From: a virus
Taxonomy: Duplodnaviria > Caudoviricetes
Length of the DNA: 37,945 nt
Virus record (IMG/VR): IMGVR_UViG_3300032116_000579
Location: 1 to 37,945 of that record
Reading direction: 5' to 3' (one strand)
Below are positions 8,127 to 17,311 of this stretch, piece after piece. The notes under the pieces are model-generated. The model saw nothing but the letters and a program-made list of their open reading frames with translations. It had not been told where the DNA came from and ran no database searches. The position numbers and the translations under genes were made by a program. How positions within the stretch are numbered: position 1 is the stretch's first letter; the number at the start of each line of letters is the position of its first letter.

Positions 8127-10352
8127 TTGGCTGGCAGAGATATTACAGATGGTCGTGGTGATGCGCTTGGTAATGCTCGCTCCATTGCCACAGATGTCGG
8201 CGTAGTTGCGTCCTCATCAGTATGGCAGAACACATCTGAAGCATATGATGTAGCAGTAGGCGGACTCCCATTTTTCTATGCAATTAATGACTCACGCCCA
8301 TACATTCGTCAGACTGCACCCTTTCGTAAGGACCAGTTCGACAATGGGCAAGAGCCAGGTGAGCAATCACTTACTGGTTGGTGGATTCGTTCTCAGTCAT
8401 CTTTCCACAACGGTGATGGGATTAAGTTCTACGACCCTACCGCAGGTGAGACTGTTGCCTTTAGATTTGCCGATAGCCGAGGCGTAAACGTCTGGACAAA
8501 GGGACAAGTTACACTTCTTAAGACGACAGCGGAAGCAAATCACTTTACATCTGGTGCGATTACATCTAACCGACCAACTCAGCAATTGCGTTCTATTCAG
8601 TGGGGAACCACAAATGGTGTACTTCTCTGGGATGACCACGATGTAGACAAGATTGACTCTGCTGGAGCAGTCACCCACTTTGTTGACTATGTTGCAGGGA
8701 CAGACTATCCAGTCTATGCACTCTGTGACGATGGAACAAATGCTTTCTGGGCTACACGTATTCTTGATTCTGGTGTTGCCAAGACTGCAGTATACAAGAA
8801 ACCTTTGACTGGATTTGCTGGAGATTCTCCAGATACAACAGCACAAATGTTTAAGGATAGTTCTATCGTTATCTCTCGTGGCACAATGGAGTACGTCAAG
8901 GACCGTATTGTGCTTGCTGCAAACAACAAAATCTACGAGTTCTCTAGCAGTGCAGCAGCACTACCGTCTCCAGTTTATACACATAGTGATTCTGATATTG
9001 TGTTTACAAGCATTGCAGCCTCTGGCTCTGCCATCTATGTAGCAGGATATAGTGGAATTCAGTCATCTATCTTTAAGTTCACACTTAATACCTCAGGTGT
9101 AATGCCAACATTAACTACTGCTATTACTGCAGCAGAGATGCCAACAGGTGAAAGAATCCACAAAATTGGATACTACCTTGGCTATATGCTTATTGGAACC
9201 GACAAGGGAATCCGTATTGCCACAGCATCAGATGTTGATGGAGCGATTAACTACGGCCCACTTCTTGTTGAGACAAGCCAGCCTTGCTATGACTTCTCCT
9301 TCCGTGACCGCTTTGTGTGGTGTGCAACTGGAGTAGATGGCACCCCTGGAGTAATCCGTATTGACTTAGGTGCTGAGATTGAGCAGATGCGTTTTGCTTG
9401 GGCTAACGACTTGAACGTTGAAGAAGTTACTGGCTATGCCACAACCTCTTGTGCTTTTGCTGGTGAAACAAACCGCCTAGTATTTTGCACAACAGCCCTG
9501 ACTATGGGCTCTATAAGCAACAAGGCTTTGACTGGAAACGTAGCAACCCTAACCACATCCGCTGCCCACAACTTAGTGGCTGGCGATAATGTGTGGATTG
9601 AGGGAGTTGACGCAACGTTTAATGGTAAGTACGCAGTTGCAACAACACCAACCACAACAACATTTACCTACGCTAAGACCAACACAAACGTAGCCTCAGC
9701 GGCAGTATCTCCAGTAGGAACTGTCCGCAAGATTGGTAGCATTAATATTGAAGCAGATACAACTCTACGTCCATCTGGCTACCTAACTACAGGTAACCTT
9801 CGCTTTGCGACTCTTGAGCCCAAGAACTTTAAGCGTCTTATCGGACGCGGTGACTTTAGATACGGCTCTGTGATTATGGAAACAGTTGACGCTAACGGTA
9901 CTGAATACGACCACATTACTTACGATGCATCAATTACTCCAGTTGAGGTAGCAACACTTCAGCCAGATGGTGCACGTGAGTTCCTTGCTTATAAGTTTGT
10001 CTTAAGTCGTGATACGACAACCACATCACAAGGTCCAATCTTTAAGGGTTATCAGGTAAAGGCAACAATCGCTACACCACGTCAGCGAGTAATGCGCTTT
10101 CCTGTCTACTGCTTTGACATTGAGACTGACCGCTTTAACGTACAGGTTGGATACGAAGGCAGAGCCTTTGAACGTCTACTTGAACTAGAAGACGTAGAAG
10201 AATCTGGTGACGTACTCACCTGGCAAGACCTGACAACTGGCGAGTCTCGTCAAGTTGTTATCGAACAAATATCATTCACCCGTATGACTCCACCTGACCG
10301 TCGCTTTGATGGCTTTGGTGGTGTAATCGAAATTACCGTGAGGACTGTGTAA
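8127..10352 (+). CDS. Large tail protein (tubular B/nozzle-like, beta-rich)
   Basis: 741 aa; TTG start with GGGAGG RBS; beta-propeller-like composition; positional inference. Confidence 0.6.
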   Translation: MAGRDITDGRGDALGNARSIATDVGVVASSSVWQNTSEAYDVAVGGLPFFYAINDSRPYIRQTAPFRKDQFDNGQEPGEQSLTGWWIRSQSSFHNGDGIKFYDPTAGETVAFRFADSRGVNVWTKGQVTLLKTTAEANHFTSGAITSNRPTQQLRSIQWGTTNGVLLWDDHDVDKIDSAGAVTHFVDYVAGTDYPVYALCDDGTNAFWATRILDSGVAKTAVYKKPLTGFAGDSPDTTAQMFKDSSIVISRGTMEYVKDRIVLAANNKIYEFSSSAAALPSPVYTHSDSDIVFTSIAASGSAIYVAGYSGIQSSIFKFTLNTSGVMPTLTTAITAAEMPTGERIHKIGYYLGYMLIGTDKGIRIATASDVDGAINYGPLLVETSQPCYDFSFRDRFVWCATGVDGTPGVIRIDLGAEIEQMRFAWANDLNVEEVTGYATTSCAFAGETNRLVFCTTALTMGSISNKALTGNVATLTTSAAHNLVAGDNVWIEGVDATFNGKYAVATTPTTTTFTYAKTNTNVASAAVSPVGTVRKIGSINIEADTTLRPSGYLTTGNLRFATLEPKNFKRLIGRGDFRYGSVIMETVDANGTEYDHITYDASITPVEVATLQPDGAREFLAYKFVLSRDTTTTSQGPIFKGYQVKATIATPRQRVMRFPVYCFDIETDRFNVQVGYEGRAFERLLELEDVEESGDVLTWQDLTTGESRQVVIEQISFTRMTPPDRRFDGFGGVIEITVRTV

Positions 10353-10555
10353 TGGCTGCAGCAGAATGGGCAGCCTTTGCTGTCGCACTAATGACAATAA
10401 CAGCAGGGTTTGCTGGCTTTGTAAAGTGGCTTGTTAAGCACTATCTATCAGAGTTAAAACCAAATGGGGGCGGTTCCGTTAAAGACCAAGTGAACCGATT
10501 GGAACAACGAGTTGACCAAATCTATCTCCTCCTCTGCGAGAAGGAAAGCAAGTAA
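10352..10555 (+). CDS. Small membrane protein (lysis cassette)
   Basis: N-terminal TM helix, ELKPNGGGSVKD and coiled coil, as in actinophage lysis-region proteins. Confidence 0.65.
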   Translation: MAAAEWAAFAVALMTITAGFAGFVKWLVKHYLSELKPNGGGSVKDQVNRLEQRVDQIYLLLCEKESK

Positions 10556-11801
10556 GTTAGCAGTATTATTTATTTTAATTGGAACAACTTTTGTCTTCTA
10601 TCCCCAAGCCAATGCGGCCACAGCCTATGCGGATGTGACTTGTGCTACACAGGATGGAACTCAGCAGACATATCAAATTGGATGGGATAACAGTAACCAG
10701 TTCTTTGCGGATAAGGGTTACATCCCTAGGTTATTTTGCGAGGGCGGATATGCACCACCAGGATTCAATGTTTACGTTAGTGATAATCTTTCTGATAGTG
10801 CTACTGGTTACTACAATGGCGTAGTTCCAACACCTATCGAAAATCCTGAGACTGGGACTGCAACCTCTGAAACTCCAACTGTTGAGTCAGAAACTTCAAC
10901 TGTTTCTTCGCCTGAACCAACTCCCTCTCCGAGTCCTTCAACAGAAGATTCTCAGACTGCAACTGTTGAATCTCAGACTGTGAGTGTTGATACTGAGACA
11001 GCCAATGTTGAGACACCAACATCCACGAATGACTCCCAGACTTCAACTTCTGATACTGCAACACCTGTGCTACCAGTAGAAACATCAACGGTAGATACCC
11101 AAACAGTAGAATCAATTCCAACACCTGTAGTTACTCCTCTTCCCGACCCAGTACCAGTAGTACAGCCAGAGCCAGTAGTGGTATCGCCACCAAGACCAGA
11201 GCCTGAACCAGAACCATTACCTGAACCTACTCCAGAACCAGAACCTGAACCTGAGCCAGAACCCACGCCTGAAGACGTAAACGAACCTGGCCTTGAGATT
11301 CCCGAAGAGCCAGTTGTTGAACCAACTCCTGAAGAAGAGACTCCAATTGAGGAACCAATCACGGAGCCAGAAATCACGGAGCCTGAGGTCGTTGAGGAAC
11401 CAGAGCCACTTGAGCCTGAGGTCATACCTTCTGAGCCAGAGTCTTCTCAACCTGAATCTCCATTCGTGGAACCAACACAACCAGAAGTTGTAGTCCTTAA
11501 TGATACGACGGACCTTTCATCATTAGCACCAGACACGCCAGTAGAACTGGAGAACGGTGTAATTCTTACGGCTGAAGTCGTAATAGCACTTCAACTATTA
11601 GAAAACCCAGCAGAACTTTTAGCAGAAATATTCACCGACCCTGGACAAGTCTTACTGGCCTTGGGAAGTATCGGTGCAGATATGTCCCCTGAGGCGCGTG
11701 AGAAATCAGAGAAGGTAATCATCTCTGCAGTCATTGCAGGAAACATAGCCACTCAAGCAGCAGCATCTGCTGCCCTCGCAGCATACAGGAGAAACATATG
11801 A
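10512..11801 (+). CDS. Exported Pro/Glu/Thr-rich protein
   Basis: Signal-peptide-like N-terminus (...PQANA|A), long EPEP/ETPT linker, hydrophobic C-terminal region. Confidence 0.7.
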   Translation: MTKSISSSARRKASKLAVLFILIGTTFVFYPQANAATAYADVTCATQDGTQQTYQIGWDNSNQFFADKGYIPRLFCEGGYAPPGFNVYVSDNLSDSATGYYNGVVPTPIENPETGTATSETPTVESETSTVSSPEPTPSPSPSTEDSQTATVESQTVSVDTETANVETPTSTNDSQTSTSDTATPVLPVETSTVDTQTVESIPTPVVTPLPDPVPVVQPEPVVVSPPRPEPEPEPLPEPTPEPEPEPEPEPTPEDVNEPGLEIPEEPVVEPTPEEETPIEEPITEPEITEPEVVEEPEPLEPEVIPSEPESSQPESPFVEPTQPEVVVLNDTTDLSSLAPDTPVELENGVILTAEVVIALQLLENPAELLAEIFTDPGQVLLALGSIGADMSPEAREKSEKVIISAVIAGNIATQAAASAALAAYRRNI

Positions 11802-11968
11802 AGAAGTTCATCTCAGATATTGCCAACCAACTATGGACACTCTTAGGAATGTTCGTGGCCTGGGTGGTATTAGAAGGTTCGGCTAAGACAGTGGTGGGCT
11901 ACGCAATCATTGCAACCCTTGCAGTCTGGTCTATCACACTCAACATCCGAAATATGAAGGACGAATAA
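11798..11968 (+). CDS. Small two-TM membrane protein (56 aa)
   Basis: Read manually: MKKFISDIANQLWTLLGMFVAWVV...; AGGAG RBS; ATGA/TAATG overlaps. Confidence 0.75.
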   Translation: MKKFISDIANQLWTLLGMFVAWVVLEGSAKTVVGYAIIATLAVWSITLNIRNMKDE

Positions 11969-12210
11969 TGGACACATTTAAGAATGTAATGATGAGAATT
12001 TTTGCTGTTATCGCAGCAGAATCTCTCGGAGTTATCGGAGCAGGTTCTCTTGTTGGAATCGAAGTATGGCAGGCAGCGACCCTCGCTGGCGCTCTAGGTG
12101 CAGCACGTGTACTTGAAGCCCTTGCTCGCTTCTACCTAGCAGATGGAAGTCTGACATCAGAAGAAATCAACGCAGCCTTTGCCAAGGTTGACAAGAAAGC
12201 GAGTGAGTAA
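11968..12210 (+). CDS. Holin-like membrane protein
   Basis: Two hydrophobic segments; immediately upstream of the endolysin. Confidence 0.6.
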   Translation: MDTFKNVMMRIFAVIAAESLGVIGAGSLVGIEVWQAATLAGALGAARVLEALARFYLADGSLTSEEINAAFAKVDKKASE

Positions 12211-12720
12211 ATGGGACAAAGACTAGACTTCATCAAGGTAGCCGAAGGCGAACTAGGTGTAATTGAAGGTCCGAAGGACAATGAAACAAAGTACGGCGCA
12301 TTTACAAAAGCAAACTTCCTACCTTGGTGCGGTTCTTTTGTTAACTGGTGTGCTAATGAAGTGGGCTTGAAGATTCCTAACTGTGTATCTACAGTGGCGG
12401 GAGCAACAGCCTTTATGAAGAAGAAGCAATGGGAGAAGGCAGAGGAAGCAATCCCTCTACCAGGCGACATTGTGTTCTTTGATTTTCCGAACGATGGCGT
12501 TGACCGTATCTCTCACGTAGGGATTGTAGTCAAGGACAACGGAGACGGAACAGTCACCTGTATCGAAGGCAACACTGCCCCAGACAAGAAGGGTGACCAG
12601 CGCAACGGAGGGCAAGTCTGCCTCAAGGTGCGTGCCTACAAGAAGAAGAATGGCTCCAAACTACGCAGGTCACAGGCTGTGACAGTCGTTGGATTTGGTA
12701 AGCCAGTCTTTAAGTCATAA
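12211..12720 (+). CDS. Endolysin, CHAP domain
   Basis: PWCGSFV (catalytic Cys), PGDIVFF, SHVGIV (His), IEGNT. Confidence 0.9.
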   Translation: MGQRLDFIKVAEGELGVIEGPKDNETKYGAFTKANFLPWCGSFVNWCANEVGLKIPNCVSTVAGATAFMKKKQWEKAEEAIPLPGDIVFFDFPNDGVDRISHVGIVVKDNGDGTVTCIEGNTAPDKKGDQRNGGQVCLKVRAYKKKNGSKLRRSQAVTVVGFGKPVFKS

Positions 12721-12729
12721 GGAGAAACA

Positions 12730-12924
12730 ATGGATACAAAGAAACTCGTTGCTATCGCAACCACCTACGCACGTGCAGCAGTCCCATCAGTGGTGGCTCT
12801 ATACGCAGCAGGGGTAACAGACCCAAAGACCCTGGCATACGCTTTCCTTTCAGCGTTTATTGCCCCACTTTGGAAGGCACTAGACCCTAAGGCTAAGGAA
12901 TTTGGCCTAGGCAGCAAGAAGTAA
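12730..12924 (+). CDS. Holin-like protein
   Basis: 64 aa, hydrophobic, ends LDPKAKEFG; follows the endolysin; AAGGAG RBS. Confidence 0.65.
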   Translation: MDTKKLVAIATTYARAAVPSVVALYAAGVTDPKTLAYAFLSAFIAPLWKALDPKAKEFGLGSKK

Positions 12925-12955
12925 ACACCCTCAAATAGGCCCTTAAACGGCCCGT

Positions 12956-13018
12956 AGAGACGAGAAGACCCCCAACCGTAGGTATCAGCCTATGGAAGGG
13001 GGTCCTTTTGTCGTTTCT
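12956..13018 (+). terminator. Long hairpin, probable late-operon terminator
   Basis: GACCCCC/GGGGGTC stem with inner CCGTAGG/CCTATGG and outer AGAGACGA/TCGTTTCT; CTTTT after the main stem. Confidence 0.6.
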
Positions 13019-13090
13019 GGTCAAAGCAGGAACCCAGAACCGAACTCTATCCCCTCGGCGTGTCGTCAATAATTCAGGTCTTCGTCTGTG

Positions 13091-13169
13091 TATAATTATT
13101 ATATATTATAAATTATAATATATATAGGCGCGAAGCGCCTTATATAATATATATAATTATAATATAATA
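13091..13169. repeat. AT-only imperfect inverted repeat around AGGCGC-GAA-GCGCCT (candidate origin/cruciform)
   Basis: ~30-bp A/T-only arms flanking a GC hairpin containing GCGAAGC; upstream of the replication genes. Confidence 0.75.
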
Positions 13170-13172
13170 GAT

Positions 13173-13228
13173 TTAGATAGTACCCTTGTTTTAAGTACCC
13201 TCCTGTCCTTGACAGGGGTACTATCTAA
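13173..13228 (+). promoter_or_regulatory. 18-bp leader hairpin with a mutually exclusive alternative fold
   Basis: TTAGATAGTACCCTTGTT/GACAGGGGTACTATCTAA; the 3' arm can instead pair with GTACC..CCTGTC (13195-13206). Confidence 0.6.
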
Positions 13229-13252
13229 CAACCTACTAGACGGGAGCATCAA

Positions 13253-13402
13253 ATGTGGAACCCATTTAAGAAAGAACCTGAATCATTAGAAATTTTAATC
13301 TCTATGCTATTGGCAGAGATTGACGAAATCTCAGTCCTCATTGAGGAACTTCGCAAAGACTTAGAAGACCTAACTGATTTTGTAGAAGATAACCTTGATT
13401 AA
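13253..13402 (+). CDS. Small acidic coiled-coil protein (49 aa)
   Basis: Read manually: MWNPFKKEPESLEILIS...; GGGAG RBS. Confidence 0.65.
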   Translation: MWNPFKKEPESLEILISMLLAEIDEISVLIEELRKDLEDLTDFVEDNLD

Positions 13403-13583
13403 GTTAGATTCATATGAGTTACCTGCTCACATCAGTTACTCAGCATTCACAACCTACCTGACTTGTGGATACCAGTACTACCTAGGCCGACTGCTACAGG
13501 TTCCTGAGGAGCCAAGCATCTGGTCAGCAGGTGGACGTGCATTCCACTACGCAGCAGAATTGTACGACTATGACAATGAATGA
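13395..13583 (+). CDS. Cas4/RecB-like exonuclease, N-terminal part
   Basis: HISYS..TYLTCGYQYY..GRAFH matches the N-terminal SxS..CP..GxxxH motifs of the PD-(D/E)XK_1 family. Confidence 0.75.
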   Translation: MIKLDSYELPAHISYSAFTTYLTCGYQYYLGRLLQVPEEPSIWSAGGRAFHYAAELYDYDNE

Positions 13584-14169
13584 GTTATGGCTTAAGGCGT
13601 GGAATAAAGAAACCGAAGGACTTAACTTAGAGACTGCTCGCAGAGCAGGACGTGCGACCAAGGATAATCCGAACAAAGAAGACGGTGCTTGGTGGTACAC
13701 TAATGGTTCCAAGTGGGTAGACAACTACATACTTTGGCGCAAGAACAATCCTAACTGGAAAATCTGGACAACACCTCAGGGTGTACGGGCTATCGAACTG
13801 GAGTTGAATCCAGTAATTGCAGGAGTCCCTGTCAAGATGTTCATTGACAGAATCTTTGAGGTAGACGGTAAGTTAGTTATCGTTGACTTGAAGACATCAG
13901 CAAGACGACCAACCTCTGACCTTCAACTAGGCTTCTACAAAGTGGGAGTTGAGATGATGCTAGGAGTTGAAGTCAATCTCGGAAACTACTGGATGTCTCG
14001 TGAATCGGGGACAGGAGAGATGATTGACCTAAGTAGATATACACAGGACACACTTGAATACTTTGTTGATGGCTTTGACAAGGCACGCAAGGCTGGTATA
14101 TTTCTACCGAACCTACAATCGTGCAGTTACTGCGGACTAAAGCAGCACTGCCAATTCACAAAGGAATAA
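13570..14169 (+). CDS. Cas4/RecB-like exonuclease, catalytic C-terminal part
   Basis: E...IDRI...IVDLKT...QLGFY and CSYCGLKQHC. Confidence 0.85.
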   Translation: MTMNELWLKAWNKETEGLNLETARRAGRATKDNPNKEDGAWWYTNGSKWVDNYILWRKNNPNWKIWTTPQGVRAIELELNPVIAGVPVKMFIDRIFEVDGKLVIVDLKTSARRPTSDLQLGFYKVGVEMMLGVEVNLGNYWMSRESGTGEMIDLSRYTQDTLEYFVDGFDKARKAGIFLPNLQSCSYCGLKQHCQFTKE

Positions 14170-14172
14170 TAA

Positions 14173-14568
14173 ATGGCAACAGAAGACTGGAAGTTACAAG
14201 TATCCATTCGCACAAGTGACAGTCGTGAAGCGGATATGATTAACGTTCGTGCTAACACAGCAGATGAACTAAGTGTTTTACTTGAGGGTATTAGCGATTA
14301 CTCACATCAAGTTGCTGCTACCGCTAAGTTAATCAGAGCAGCATACGTGGTATCCCCTTTGGGGACCACCACTTCAACTCCCGCCACCGCGCCAGAGAGT
14401 ACCTTCGCACCCTTCCAGGGTCAGGCTCCGTCCGCTACGGGACCAACGTGTACACACGGGGCACGGAAGTTCCTATCGGGAGTATCGAAAAAGAACGGCA
14501 AGCCATACGCGATGTGGGTTTGCCCTCAACCACAGGGAGCAGACCAGTGCTCACCAGTCAACGGCTAG
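14173..14568 (+). CDS. Replication/recombination-module protein with C-terminal CxHG...WxC...C zinc motif
   Basis: CTHG...MWVC...QC; lies between exonuclease and helicase as in actinophages. Confidence 0.65.
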   Translation: MATEDWKLQVSIRTSDSREADMINVRANTADELSVLLEGISDYSHQVAATAKLIRAAYVVSPLGTTTSTPATAPESTFAPFQGQAPSATGPTCTHGARKFLSGVSKKNGKPYAMWVCPQPQGADQCSPVNG

Positions 14569-14589
14569 ACCTTGACATCTAAATAAGAA

Positions 14590-14636
14590 TTGATAGAGGG
14601 GTAGTCAGACGGGGAAGGTGATTGCCCCTCTATCAA
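14590..14636 (+). promoter_or_regulatory. 18-bp hairpin directly before the helicase RBS
   Basis: TTGATAGAGGGGTAGTCA/TGATTGCCCCTCTATCAA, followed by CTTAAGACAGGAG. Confidence 0.65.
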
Positions 14637-14655
14637 CTTAAGACAGGAGAAATAA

Positions 14656-15438
14656 ATGAGAACTTTAGTAAGAAGCGTAGGCAGAGCAGACATTGGTGGA
14701 GAACCGTTGCCCTCTGTATTCAAAGCATTTGATAGCAACAAAATCATAATTCGTAGAGCAGAAGTTACTATGCTCGCTGGTACCCCAGGTGTCGGAAAGT
14801 CCACTCTAGCACTGGCTTTAGCACTTAAGACACGAGTACCTTGTCTGTACATTTCTGCAGATACAAACGCACATACGATGGCTATGCGTCTTGCGTCAAT
14901 GATTAGTGGTAAGAATCAGACTGACGTTGAGTACTTGATGAATAAAGATACTGGCTGGACTAAGGCTGTGCTACAGAGAAGCAGTCATATTGTCTGGTCA
15001 TTTGAATCCTCACCAAGCCTTCAAGATATTGATGAAGAGGTGCAAGCATTTGAGGAACTGTGGGGTTGTCCACCTACAGCAATCTACGTAGATAACTTGA
15101 TGGACATTGCAACAGATGGCGGAGAAGAGTTTGCCTCTATGCGTGCCATTATGAAGGAGTTGAAGTATCTTGCTCGTGCGACTAACGCTGCTATTATTGT
15201 TTTACATCATACTTCTGAGGCTGTACCTGGTAACCCTTGCCAACCTCGTTCTGCCCTCCAAGGTAAGGTGGCACAACTTCCTGCACTTATCTGCACTCTG
15301 GGTGTTGTCGGTTCTTCTATGGCTGTGGCCCCTGTAAAGAATAGATATGGGCGTGCCGATGCCAACGCTAACCTGACTTGTTGGCTATCATTTAACCCTG
15401 AGTATATGTACATTGAAGATATACCAGAGAATGGATAA
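14656..15438 (+). CDS. DnaB-like (SF4) helicase
   Basis: Walker A GTPGVGKS, IYVDNL, IIVLHH, VKNRYG. Confidence 0.85.
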   Translation: MRTLVRSVGRADIGGEPLPSVFKAFDSNKIIIRRAEVTMLAGTPGVGKSTLALALALKTRVPCLYISADTNAHTMAMRLASMISGKNQTDVEYLMNKDTGWTKAVLQRSSHIVWSFESSPSLQDIDEEVQAFEELWGCPPTAIYVDNLMDIATDGGEEFASMRAIMKELKYLARATNAAIIVLHHTSEAVPGNPCQPRSALQGKVAQLPALICTLGVVGSSMAVAPVKNRYGRADANANLTCWLSFNPEYMYIEDIPENG

Positions 15439-15441
15439 GAG

Positions 15442-15639
15442 ATGCTAAGAGAAGAAGAAGATGACCTCACGCAAGAGATGCGTCAACTCGTAATGCAAAA
15501 AGTTAATGAAGAGTTATTAACTTTCATTAGTAAGATTGAAGAAGCCAAGCCACCTGTCACAGATGAATGGACAGAGGGCGTTGGTGTTGGTATGAACTGG
15601 GCTATCCGTATTCTAAAGAAGGATAAGAGCGCATACTAA
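15442..15639 (+). CDS. Hypothetical protein
   Basis: 65-aa ORF in a packed operon. Confidence 0.65.
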   Translation: MLREEEDDLTQEMRQLVMQKVNEELLTFISKIEEAKPPVTDEWTEGVGVGMNWAIRILKKDKSAY

Positions 15640-15987
15640 GTGGCATCACAATCGCGCAAGCATAGAGGCTACCGTAGTCAGAAAGTGTTGGCTGAGTTTT
15701 TAGCAGTCAATGGTTTTCCATATGCGGAGTCTACTGGTGCTGGGCGTAGCGGTTCAGACATTACTGGCACTATAGGTATTGACTGGGAAGTAAAGGCTCG
15801 CACAGGATTTAATCCCGCTGCTGCTATCGCGCAATTGAAGGATAGAAGTAACAACAAAGACCTTGGTGTTGTAGTCTTAAGACTTAATGGACAGGGTGAG
15901 AAAAGTGTAGGCGATTGGGTTTGTCTACTGAGACTGGAGGACGCTGTGAATTTATTAAGAGAGGCTGGGTATGGTGATGGAAAATGA
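15640..15987 (+). CDS. Holliday junction resolvase-like PD-(D/E)XK nuclease
   Basis: KHRG...SDI...WEVKAR pattern. Confidence 0.7.
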   Translation: MASQSRKHRGYRSQKVLAEFLAVNGFPYAESTGAGRSGSDITGTIGIDWEVKARTGFNPAAAIAQLKDRSNNKDLGVVVLRLNGQGEKSVGDWVCLLRLEDAVNLLREAGYGDGK

Positions 15988-16345
15988 CCTACCCAGTATT
16001 AGAACAATCCTTGAACACTATGGAGCAAGAATTAGAAGCACTCACGGACAGGTCAACTTACGTTGTCCATTCCACTCTGACACACACCAGTCGGCAAGTG
16101 CGAACCTCGACAAGAACATCTTCATTTGTTTCGCTTGTGGAGTACAAGGTAACAGTATCCAAATCGTATGCAACCAGGAGGGATTGAGATTCAATGAAGC
16201 AAAGCATTTCGCAGAAGGAATTACTGGAGAGAGCAGCCAACAAGTACGCGGGAAACATCTCTCTGGCTCAAGACTACCTCGCAAGTCGGGGAATACCTCT
16301 GGAAGTAGCACGTCTGGCGCAATTCGGCGTAGTCGTGGAGCCTGA
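15971..16345 (+). CDS. DNA primase, CHC2 zinc-binding part
   Basis: CPFHSDTHQS...CFACG. Confidence 0.85.
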   Translation: MVMENDLPSIRTILEHYGARIRSTHGQVNLRCPFHSDTHQSASANLDKNIFICFACGVQGNSIQIVCNQEGLRFNEAKHFAEGITGESSQQVRGKHLSGSRLPRKSGNTSGSSTSGAIRRSRGA

Positions 16346-16820
16346 ATCAGGACACGAAGCAATGGTCAATAGGTTATCTATCCCTTATGTGACAAAGACT
16401 GGCATTGTTGATTTAAGATTTCGTGCATTAAACCCTGCGGTTGAGCCTAAATATATGGGTCTGACTGGGGCGGAGACCAAGATGTATAACGTACTAGATG
16501 TGGAGCGTGCAGGTGATTACATTGGAGTATGCGAAGGAGAGATTGACACACTTACTCTTTCTTCTGTCATTGGAATTCCCTGCGTTGGAGTCCCTGGTGC
16601 AAACAGTTGGAAGAAGCACTACACACGATTGCTGGCAGACTTTGAGCGGGTCTTTGTATTCGCTGACGGAGACCAACCTGGAACAGAATTTGCCCGTAGT
16701 CTTGCCCGCGAACTGCCAGTTACTATCATTCAACTCCCAGACGGACTCGATGTTAATTCTATGTACGTGCAAGAAGGTGCTAACTACTTCCATCAGAAGG
16801 TGGATATAAATGAACTTTGA
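16194..16820 (+). CDS. DNA primase, TOPRIM part
   Basis: YLASRGI, RLSIPY, PKY, VCEGEID, FADGD..G, DVN. Confidence 0.9.
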   Translation: MKQSISQKELLERAANKYAGNISLAQDYLASRGIPLEVARLAQFGVVVEPESGHEAMVNRLSIPYVTKTGIVDLRFRALNPAVEPKYMGLTGAETKMYNVLDVERAGDYIGVCEGEIDTLTLSSVIGIPCVGVPGANSWKKHYTRLLADFERVFVFADGDQPGTEFARSLARELPVTIIQLPDGLDVNSMYVQEGANYFHQKVDINEL

Positions 16821-17181
16821 GGATGAGCCCCCTCACAATTATTGCAATGAATGTGATGTGCAATTTGAGGATTCATTTCAACTCATTGACCACGTACTAG
16901 AAGACGATGATGAGTTTGACCCTTACTTGGTGCTACCTAATGGGGTCAAGTTATTGCTCGGTTCATTACTAAGATATGTATTTGCACACGCTGAAGAACC
17001 AGATAAGATAAAAGTTATAACCCAATCAACCTACGTAACCTTGTTCGCTGCTGAGAATGGCTATGACCCATTGGAAGATTTGATTGAGGATATGGTGATT
17101 AAGTTAGAGTTACAGAACTTTGACGAGAACTTTAAAAAATTTATGGAAGAGGAAAATACTGATGGAGAAGGCGGAGCGTGA
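16810..17181 (+). CDS. Hypothetical acidic protein with zinc-finger-like N-terminus
   Basis: CNEC...F.....L..H pattern. Confidence 0.65.
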   Translation: MNFEDEPPHNYCNECDVQFEDSFQLIDHVLEDDDEFDPYLVLPNGVKLLLGSLLRYVFAHAEEPDKIKVITQSTYVTLFAAENGYDPLEDLIEDMVIKLELQNFDENFKKFMEEENTDGEGGA

Positions 17182-17311
17182 AGAGATATGGCAGATTATA
17201 ACCCATCTGGTAGACCAAGGGCTGAACGTGAAGAGTTATACAATAGAAGGCCAGACCTTAAACGTTTTGTTGGCGATTCCGATTTTGAGCAAGCGGTCTG
17301 GGACACAATGA
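17162..17311 (+). CDS. Possible small protein (MEKAEREEIWQII..., 49 aa)
   Basis: GAGGA RBS; stop forms an ATGA overlap with the internal ATG 17308 of the next gene. Confidence 0.45.
   Translation: MEKAEREEIWQIITHLVDQGLNVKSYTIEGQTLNVLLAIPILSKRSGTQ

Noticed and set aside
14572-14600. Sigma-A promoter at TTGACA 14572
   Set aside because: No convincing TANNNT at 16-18 bp spacing.
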